DNA of 64,000 nucleotides from Macrostomum lignano (Eukaryota): NCBI GenBank assembly GCA_002269645.1, contig NIVC01003077.1, positions 1 to 64,000 of the forward strand, read 5' to 3'. Shown piece by piece: positions 58,501 to 64,000 of this stretch (position 1 is its first letter; each line of letters starts with the position of its first letter). The notes under the pieces were generated by a model. It saw only the letters and a program-made list of their open reading frames with translations, ran no database searches and was not told where the DNA came from. The position numbers and the translations under genes were made by a program.

Positions 58501-61500
58501 ATATGGTCGTTCGAGAGATGCCTGAGAAACTTGAGCTACAGGCTCAAACCAACAAGGACGGTAAAGACATTACCTGGACTAAGGATGGTAAGCCTTTTAT
58601 TCCGGGAAAGAAGGATTCGGTTTCCACTACTGGATCTACCTACACGCTGACATTCAACGAGGTTCGCGAAGAGATCGAAGGCGTCTACACTCTGAAAGTC
58701 GATAACAAGACGACAGAGTGCAAAGTAACGTTTGAGATCAAGCCAGAGTTGAGACTGTCTGACAACTTTGTCGAACGACTGACTCTGAAAGCTGGAGCGT
58801 CCTCGTCGTCGAGATTCCATTTGTCGCCTTGCCGAAGCCGACTGTAACATGGAAATGGAATGGAAAGCCGTTGCCAGATTCGAAGCGATTCAAAGTCGAT
58901 GTGATTCACGGAATGACGTCTCTGACGATGGCATAAGTTCAGAAGCCAGATGAGGGACCGTTTCAGTTGGAGATCGAGAATCCGTTTGGCAAGACTTCAG
59001 TCACAGTGCACCTTGTAGTGCTCGACAAGCCAGGACCGCCTGAGAACCTCAAGATCACCGACGACATGGGAGACGTCGTAACTTTGAATTGGACTGAGCC
59101 CAAGGACAAAGGGGGATACGAGAAAGTCAGCTACATCGTCGAAAAGCGCGAAGCTACGAAGAAGGCGTTCACCGAGGTTGGAACTGTTGATGAGCTGAAG
59201 TGTCCGATTTCGGGTCTCACTATCGGCAAAAAGTACGTCATGCACGTGTGCACCGTAAATGAGGTCGGAAAGTCCGAGTTCGTCGAAATCGGACCTCACG
59301 AAGCTACATATAAGTTCAAGCCGCCTACTGCACTGGAAGCGCCAGTTGCCAAGGTCACTGGACCAGCCGATGTGCAGGTTACGTGGAATCCTCCAAACAG
59401 CGATGGAGGCAACCCAGTGACTAACTATTTCTTGGAGATGAAGCCCGAACAGAGCTCTCAATGGGTAGCAGTCAATGCTGACTTTGTTATTCCCAAAGAG
59501 AGCCATACAGTCTCGAACGTACCGAAAGACACTGAAATCGTTTTCCGAGTGAGCGCCGAGAACAAAGCTGGTAGAAGTGAGCCTTCTCCACCTAGTAATC
59601 CAGTTGTGTGTGGAACGGCTCTTGAGTTCATCAAGCCTCTAGAAAATATGGTCGTTCGAGAGATGCCTGAGAAACTTGAGCTACAGGCTCAAACCAACAA
59701 GGACGGTAAAGACATTACCTGGACTAAGGATGGTAAGCCTTTTATTCCTGGAAAGAAGGATTCAATTTCCACTACTGGATCTACCTACACGCTGACATTC
59801 AACGAGGTTCGCGAAGAGATCGAAGGCGTCTACACTCTGAAAGTCGATAACAAGACGACAGAGTGCAAAGTAACGTTTGAGATCAAGCCAGAGTTGAGAC
59901 TGTCTGACAACTTTGTCGAACGACTGACTCTGAAAGCTGGAGCGTCCTCGGTCGTCGAGATTCCATTTGTCGCCTTGCCGAAGCCGACTGTAACATGGAA
60001 ATGGAATGGAAAGCCGTTGCCAGATTCGAAGCGATTCAAAGTCGATGTGATTCACGGAATGATGTCACTGACGATGGCTAAGGTTCAGAAGCCAGACGAG
60101 GGACCGTTTCAGTTGGAGATCGAAAATCCGTTTGGCAAGACTTCAGTTACAGTGCACCTGGTTGTTCTTGAGAAACCCAGCCCGCCTCAAGCTTTGCAGG
60201 TCGCAAACAACGTTGGAGATTCTGTACTTTTGACCTGGGAACCGCCCAAGTCAAATGGTGGCTGCGATAAGCTTTCATACGTTATCGAACGCAGAGAAAC
60301 GAGCAAGATGTCATCTGTTCAAGTATGCGAAACTGAGGAACTGAAGGCTGAAGTTTCTGGATTGATTCTTGGTAAGAAATATGTCTACCGTGCAGCTGCT
60401 GTCAACGTTGTCGGTCAATCTGACTTTGTTGAAACTTCTCCGGTCGAAGCGGCCTTTTCTTTCTCAAAGCCGACGAAAATAGAACCTCCAGTTGCCGTGG
60501 TTACCACTCCAAAAACAGTCTCGGTTTCCTGGAAACAACCAGACTCTGACGGCGGTAATCCAGTAAGCAACTACTACTTGGAAATGAAACCGGTCGAAAG
60601 TCAACAGTGGGTAGCTGTGAATTCTGACTTTACCATTACTTCTTTGACTCACGAGCTCGAGCCGAAGATTCAAGATGAAGAGATTCACTTCCGAGTTAGT
60701 GCGGATAACAAGGCTGGACGCTCGGATCCATCCGGTCCTAGCAATGCTGTCGGCCTCGGCATGCCTTTAGAATTTGTCGTTCCACTGTCTGATCTGACTG
60801 TTACCGACTCAGTTGAGTCCGTGTCTTTAAAAGCTGTGACAAATAGGCCGGGTGACAAATTTGCCTGGCTGAAGGACGGAAAGGCTTTGCCGCAATCTAA
60901 GAGCTTTAACCAAACCGTGAACGGCTGCAACTACATTCTCACTCTGACTGATTTGACAGACGATTGTGCTGGCGATTACAAGCTGCAAGTGAACAACAAA
61001 GAAACAGTATGTAGGGTGGTATTGAAGGTGAAGCCAGTTCTAAATCTGGCTGCCAATTTTAGTGACACCATTATTCTAAAGAGTGGAGCGTCGACCGCCA
61101 TCGAAATTCCTTTCATGGCTTTGCCAAAGCCGACAGTTAACTGGACCTGGAAGGGAGCGTCCTTGCCAGATCCGAAGCGATTTAAAACAGATGTTATTCA
61201 CGGAATGACGTCGATTACTATGGCCAAAGTAAAACTAGAAGACGCCGGCCCATTTGAGGTGACAATTAAAAACGAAGTTGGCAGTGTAAGCCTTGTCATC
61301 ACCCTCAAAGTCATTGATAGGCCTGGCCCACCGCAGGGCGTTTGTGCGAAAGATATTTCCGAGACCATCACTCTTGAATGGGAGCCTCCAAAGTTCGACG
61401 GTGGTAGCCCAGTTACTGGGTACGATATCGAAGTTCGAGAACTTGATAAGCGGGCCTGGACTGAGAGCGGAAGCACTCCGGAACTAAGTTTTCAAGTGCA

Positions 61501-64000
61501 GATACCGGAAATTGGCAAGGAATACTACTGCCGCGTTCGCAGTCGAAACGAAGTTGGAGCATCAGATTTTGTGGAAATTCTGCCAGTACTGACAAAGTAC
61601 TCATTCAGTGAGTCTAATTTTGCCTCGAATTCATGTTTGTAAAACTTTGGTAGTAATTCTTTACTCATTATCACATTACAGACAAATTTTCTCTTTATTT
61701 AGAAAGCATCATTTCGCTTTGTATCCTTTCAGATGTTCCCGGCGCGCCTCAAAGCCCGCAAGTGGTCCAGACGGAAGTGACGGCTCTGGAAGTGAGCTGG
61801 AAGCCACCAGCTGAGGATGGCGGTTCGCCAATTCTAGGCTACCACGTTGAAAGAAAGCTGGTAGCCAGCACCAAGTGGACGAGATTAACTACAAGCCTGG
61901 TAAAAGAGCTCCGATTCCAGGCTACTGATGTCGTAGTTGGAAACGAGTACCTATTTCGTGTTGCCGCTGAAAACAAAGCGGGCTTGGGACCTTTCAGTCG
62001 TGTTTCTGACGTGTTCACACCCTCTGAAAAGGTAGGCCCCGAAGCTCCTTCTAAGCTGAAGGCGCCTCTGATTAGCGATGTACAAAGAACAAGTGCCAAA
62101 GTTTCGTGGAGTCCTCCAGACAATGTAAAGGATGTGACTAATTATTATCTGCAAGCGTCGGATGATAAGTGTCAAACATGGAAGGATGTAGCCGCAAATC
62201 TAAGCACGGAGCGGCTGGTTGAGGAGCTGCAGATCGGTCCGACTTATCATTTCCGAGTCTGTGCCGAGAATCCTGTCGGCAAAGGACCATGGTCTGAGCC
62301 AAGTGAGCCCCTGAACCTGGAGAAAGGTAAGAAATATTAGTAGTGAACTTTTCTGCCATATTATGCGTGCATTGAAGCATTATGTTAATGTCTCTTTCGA
62401 TTTCTTTTAGATGCACCGCTGCAAATAACCGTGCCGCTGAAGAACTGCCACATCGTTGAGCTTCTACCTTCGGTCAGCTTCAGCTGCGAAGTCTCTAGAC
62501 GTCCTCTGAAGCATGCTTGGCTGAAAGACGGCAAGAAGCTGCCGGAGAGTGAGCGCATTCGAATAACTGCTTCTGAAAGCGGTTTGCAGCACAAGATTGA
62601 AATATCTGATCTTTCATCAGAGGACATTGGGGAATACAAGTTTAGTGCCGAGGACAAACACACTCAGGCGAACCTTTCTATCGACAGTAAGCAATAACTT
62701 GCTTTACGAAAATGACTTACAAAATATAGATATTTCATTGCGATTCATTATTGACGAAAGATCAAACCATCCATTCATTTCAGTCCCCCCTCTGGTGCGA
62801 CTGCCTGAAGGTTTCGAAAGGTCACTTGTTCTAAAGGTGAACAGCTCTCGCAGGATAGAAATTCCTTTCGTAGCTAGTCCCAAGCCCAAATTGACTTGGA
62901 AGGTAAATGGAGAACACGTGCTACGCAGTACAACGAAAGCTTCATCCACTGTTTCCGTGGCTATCTTAGAATTGGTGAAGGTACAACTTGAAGACACTGG
63001 AGATTACATCTTGACGCTCGAGAACGACAATGGAGCAGCTGATCTAGCAATTCACGTTCGCGTTATTGATAAGCCTTCGCCGCCTGAGAATTTTCAACAT
63101 AGCGACGTAGACGATTCCTCTGTTACACTAAGCTGGAGTCCGCCTAGTCAGGATGGCGGAGAGGCGATCACCAAGTACCACATTGAGCGTAAAGACGCCA
63201 ACTCCACTGTGTGGTTATCAGTCGACAGCATCCCAGCTGACTCGGAGACTCGATACTGCGTTAAAAAGCTAATTAAAGGCAAAGCTTATTCATTCCGCGT
63301 GTCCGCTGAAAACTCTGTCGGAGTGAGTGAGCCGACCAACCTCAAAGAAGCTGTGACTATCGGATCGCCCTACAAGGTACCCGGGCCTCCAGTTGACCTT
63401 TTGGCTAAAACTATTAGCACAACTGCTTTGCTAATGCACTGGGAAAAGCCGAAAGAGGACGGTGGAAAGCCAATTGTAGGCTACCTGGTTGAGTGGAAGC
63501 TTTCCTCCTCTTCCAGCTGGAATAGCCCTCAAAAGGTCATTCAGAAGGAGCTATCGATCGAGAAGCTGAAAGAAGACACGAGCTACTCCGTGCGCGTCAA
63601 GGCTTTCAACGATGTCGGCGAAGGCCCCACGTGCGCGCCAGTAGTTGTCAGCACTAAGCCGGCTCCGAAGCCACCGGGAGCTCCAGGCAAGCCAGACGTT
63701 ACTTCCGTATCGAAGGATGGAATAGCCATCAAATGGACTCCTCCGGAGAAGGATGGCGGATCGCCAATTGTCTCTTACAGCATACAGAGAAGGGCGAACG
63801 ATCTGGACAACTGGACTGTCATTAAGACAGACGTCAAGTCACCTGACTATAGCGATTTTGACGTTAAAGAGGGTCAGCACTTTCAGTACCAAGTGACAGC
63901 TGTCAACGTTGTCGGTGAAGGGCCACCTTCTCTACCATCAGACTTGGCTCACTGCTTGGCCGATCTGACATTAATTCGACCGCTTGCGAATCAAAAGCTG
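6891..64000 (+). CDS. ttn: Giant titin/sallimus(zormin-kettin)-like muscle protein gene, multi-exon, running off the 3' end of the window
   Basis: About 30 exons join in consistent phase at GT-AG sites, giving about 31 kb of coding sequence. Domains: spectrin-like repeats, dozens of Ig-I domains, E/A/V/P-rich repeats, FN3 domains. Family assignment is firm; strict orthology was not tested. Confidence 0.93.
7373..7495 (+). CDS. Titin-like exon 2
   Basis: cttag acceptor, [41 protein letters not shown], gtagtt donor; phase 0-0. Confidence 0.85.
7592..9159 (+). CDS. Titin-like exon 3, spectrin-like repeats (one 1-nt frameshift near 7660)
   Basis: [20 protein letters not shown], then one base short, [28 protein letters not shown]; ORF 7678..9165; donor gtatga at 9160. 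Confidence 0.85.
9243..9493 (+). CDS. Titin-like exon 4, spectrin-like
   Basis: cag acceptor, [10 protein letters not shown]...FTSTVHFR, gtgagc donor; phase 0-2. Confidence 0.8.
9825..10093 (+). CDS. Titin-like exon 5, spectrin-like
   Basis: [17 protein letters not shown]...EALGQIE then gtgagt; phase 2-0. Confidence 0.8.
11587..11706 (+). CDS. Titin-like exon 6
   Basis: tttcag acceptor, [40 protein letters not shown], gtacgg donor; phase 0-0. Confidence 0.75.
11739..12008. repeat. (AGAAC)n pentanucleotide microsatellite, about 54 copies, intronic
   Basis: Direct reading. Confidence 0.97.
12116..14691 (+). CDS. Titin-like exon 7: last spectrin-like segment followed by six Ig-I domains
   Basis: Within ORF 12047..14695; first Ig [23 protein letters not shown]; donor gtaaat at 14692. 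Confidence 0.9.
14789..17385 (+). CDS. Titin-like exon 8: Z1-Z2-like Ig pair and further Ig-I domains
   Basis: Within ORF 14655..17621; [37 protein letters not shown] resembles titin Z2; donor gtatgt at 17386. Confidence 0.9.
17477..17779 (+). CDS. Titin-like exon 9 (Ig-I)
   Basis: Phase 1-1, [16 protein letters not shown]...TVLAK then gtgaga. Confidence 0.85.
17882..19607 (+). CDS. Titin-like exon 10: poly-Pro stretch and kettin-like Ig domains
   Basis: [18 protein letters not shown] in frame with ORF 17992..19611; donor gtaagt at 19608. Confidence 0.88.
19714..19885 (+). CDS. Titin-like exon 11 (Ig, N-terminal half)
   Basis: [21 protein letters not shown]...NQIET then gtgagt. Confidence 0.85.
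20025..20355 (-). mobile_element. tRNA-derived SINE, older or diverged copy
   Basis: Minus-strand B box GGTTCGATTCC (20291-20301), a central segment shared with the SINE at 30581-30942, and a TTA-like tail. Boundaries approximate. Confidence 0.6.
20572..20755 (+). CDS. Titin-like exon 12 (Ig, C-terminal half)
   Basis: [26 protein letters not shown]...[10 protein letters not shown] then gtaagc. Confidence 0.85.
21155..21265. repeat. Two short (GA)n tracts
   Basis: Direct reading. Confidence 0.85.
21325..21775. repeat. Degenerate pyrimidine-rich minisatellite (TCCACCTGTCCATCTTCTTACTC-like)
   Basis: About 20 imperfect tandem units. Confidence 0.85.
22786..23700 (-). CDS. spred: Sprouty/SPRED-family cysteine-rich (SPR) domain protein, 304 aa, single coding exon, nested antisense in a titin intron
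   Basis: [58 protein letters not shown]...[27 protein letters not shown]...GGRH follows the SPRED-type SPR pattern. Acceptor ttctag at 23709-23710 just before aataATGG. Minus-strand donors at 24426 and 25153 suggest 5' UTR exons. Confidence 0.85.
   Translation of the reverse strand: MATAPEAAAMAALTSVTSLTSADIDPHLLGQQQQQQHPEEQPSSNSSNLVRGDSNRISMRRNTVPLVRQDALRNGASASTAAAAAGSSSRAGRIHQQVCRYCLRLYDDRRNLKGACPEAPDRLRVCIERLTCLTLADGVSYHCCADSEGDYINPCQLLVGRGRSARQGDSEANSCGEDDNHGKVGHAADAKVNGNEADDYDEEDDENDGDARSSLLDRLKAWSCVCLLALFVPCLCCYPACSLAYRACQRLHLAGGRHDALWTAAADPRQQAGVRKDATRNTIAGIAAASPEAADDEGVNASVA
25195..25520. repeat. GA-rich low-complexity tract with (GGAGAGA)n and (GA)n
   Basis: Direct reading; possibly within the 5' UTR of the nested antisense gene. 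Confidence 0.9.
25770..25893 (+). CDS. Titin-like exon 13
   Basis: ttgcag acceptor, [42 protein letters not shown], gtgagc donor; phase 1-2 bridges exons 12 and 14. Confidence 0.8.
26090..27340. repeat. 28-bp minisatellite TCTGGTCTCTCATCTCTACTCTCTTATC, about 44 copies
   Basis: Period of 28 measured directly (26181 to 26209). Confidence 0.95.
27424..27715 (+). CDS. Titin-like exon 14 (Ig)
   Basis: [19 protein letters not shown]...IRDLA then gtaagt. Confidence 0.85.
27837..28050. repeat. 22-bp minisatellite GTCTAATAGGGTGACATACAGT, about 9 copies
   Basis: Direct reading; decays toward the 3' side. Confidence 0.9.
28760..29568. repeat. 28-bp minisatellite TGTCACTCTCAGCTCACTCTGCATCTCA, about 28 copies
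   Basis: Period of 28 measured directly (29101 to 29129), with an interspersed AGATCACTCGGC variant. Confidence 0.95.
29681..30400 (+). CDS. Titin-like exon 15 (Ig domains)
   Basis: cccag acceptor, [11 protein letters not shown]...SSPDFQ, gtgagt donor. Confidence 0.88.
30581..30942 (-). mobile_element. tRNA-derived SINE with A-rich tail and a 13-bp near-perfect TSD
   Basis: A box TAGCCCAGCGG (30922-30932), B box GGCTCGATTCC (30879-30889), tail AATAAAAAAA. Flanks TCAATTTGGTCCA (30568-30580) and TCAATTTGGTTCA (30943-30955). Confidence 0.8.
31474..31603 (+). CDS. Titin-like exon 16 (Ig, C-terminal half)
   Basis: [23 protein letters not shown]...LRVL then gtgagt. Confidence 0.85.
32025..33840. 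repeat. 35-bp minisatellite CATTGTCTGCCTCTAAAACCATAGACACAACCGAC, about 51 copies
   Basis: Period of 35 measured directly (33361 to 33396). Variants are polarised: ACCGAC early, TCTAC and ATGGG late. Confidence 0.95.
34490..35490. repeat. 24-bp minisatellite CCATTAGTAGGATCATTAGCAAGA (12-bp substructure), about 41 copies
   Basis: Period of 24 measured directly. Confidence 0.95.
35582..37952 (+). CDS. Titin-like exon 17: Ig domains followed by an acidic region
   Basis: ORF 35599..37956; donor gtaagt at 37953. Confidence 0.9.
38117..38340 (+). CDS. Titin-like exon 18 (Ig)
   Basis: [16 protein letters not shown]...VLTVT then gtaatt. Confidence 0.85.
38486..39929 (+). CDS. Titin-like exon 19, 5' part: Ig and start of the 46-aa PEVK-like array
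   Basis: In ORF 38644..41328 up to EEQPVDA, where the retroelement begins. Confidence 0.88.
39930..43759 (+). mobile_element. 5'-truncated non-LTR retrotransposon, I group (LOA/R1-like), 3830 bp
   Basis: APE-RT-RNaseH-knuckle ORF, 3' tail CAGTAGTAAGCAGTAGTAAGT, flanked by AACCGGTTGATGC at 39917-39929 and 43760-43772. Confidence 0.95.
39931..43667 (+). CDS. Retrotransposon ORF2 (APE endonuclease, reverse transcriptase, RNase H, Cys/His knuckle), about 1245 aa, one -1 frameshift in a C5 run at 41234-41238
   Basis: APE motifs QINLHH, IQEPY, CDANAH, IDLTL, SDH. RT motifs KSSGPD, FRPISL, DFEGAFD, PQGGVL, YADD (41946-41957), KYLGV. RNase H motifs TDGS, QAEI, TDSQ, GNELAD. Confidence 0.93.
43773..47394 (+). 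CDS. Titin-like exon 19, 3' part: PEVK-like acidic region and start of an Ig
   Basis: ORF 43828..47409; donor gtaagc at 47395. Removing the element plus one TSD gives a 5066-nt exon with the correct phase (1-0). Confidence 0.88.
47492..47660 (+). CDS. Titin-like exon 20 (Ig, C-terminal half)
   Basis: [24 protein letters not shown]...EVQVM then gtgagt. Confidence 0.85.
47786..47886 (+). CDS. Candidate alternative terminal exon ([33 protein letters not shown])
   Basis: tttccttgaag acceptor, phase-compatible with exon 20, in-frame stop; AATAAA present about 340-400 nt downstream. Confidence 0.4.
48176..48214 (+). CDS. Candidate 39-nt symmetric micro-exon ([13 protein letters not shown])
   Basis: ttcattgcag acceptor, caag/gtagga donor, phase 1-1, K/E/P-rich. 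Confidence 0.6.
48937..49475 (+). CDS. Divergent-Ig exon: a cassette (donor at 49426, 489 nt) or a terminal exon (stop at 49473-49475)
   Basis: ctgacag acceptor; [21 protein letters not shown]...[23 protein letters not shown]. Confidence 0.65.
49756..51483 (+). CDS. Titin-like exons 49756-49956, 50098-50673, 50784-50931 and 51032-51483 (acidic segments and Ig domains)
   Basis: GT-AG junctions are phase-consistent; ORFs 49797, 50121, 50738 and 51003. Confidence 0.85.
53384..55841 (+). CDS. Titin-like large acidic, low-complexity exon with two -1 frameshifts (about 53620 and 55352)
   Basis: ORFs 53443, 53646 and 55436 join if one base is restored in a G run and in a C run; donor gtaaga at 55842. 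Confidence 0.78.
55934..56206 (+). CDS. Titin-like exon (Ig)
   Basis: [12 protein letters not shown]...ALEVQ then gtaaac. Confidence 0.85.
56450..61607 (+). CDS. Titin-like 5.2-kb exon of Ig-Ig-FN3-FN3 super-repeats, with several 1-nt lesions
   Basis: ORFs 56449, 58056 and 58967; FN3 motifs LDKPGPP, WxxPxxDGG, YxFRVxAxN; donor gtgagt at 61608. Confidence 0.88.
57339..60170 (+). repeat. About 2.5 near-identical copies of a ~1146-bp (382-aa) coding super-repeat
   Basis: GTTCATCAAGCCTCTAGAAAAT recurs at 57339, 58481 and 59626. Confidence 0.92.
61733..64000 (+). CDS. Titin-like exons 61733-62326 (two FN3), 62411-62686 (Ig) and 62784 to beyond 64000 (Ig and FN3 domains)
   Basis: Phase 1-1 junctions; the last frame is open to the window end. 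Confidence 0.88.

Overview
Animal (invertebrate) genomic DNA with spliceosomal GT-AG introns. The repeat load and the homopolymer-type indels would fit a long-read flatworm assembly such as Macrostomum, but that is unverified inference. Most of the window (6891 to beyond 64000, + strand) is one giant titin/sallimus-like gene of about 30 exons and roughly 10,000 codons so far. Its order is: CCDC141-like spectrin-repeat N-terminus, Ig domains including a titin Z1-Z2-like pair and kettin-like Igs, acidic PEVK-like repeat exons, then Ig-Ig-FN3-FN3 super-repeats. Head-to-head with it (3305..5578, - strand) is an intronless gene for a secreted polyprotein of twelve ~60-aa Cys-free amphipathic helical units joined by apparent processing linkers. 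I do not recognise this family and consider it the best novelty candidate. Inside the titin gene are an antisense Sprouty/SPRED-domain gene with no visible EVH1 domain, an APE-RT-RNaseH non-LTR retrotransposon inserted in frame into a coding exon, two related tRNA-derived SINEs and several intronic minisatellites. The first 2 kb holds transposon remnants. All homology statements come from remembered family motifs; no search was run.
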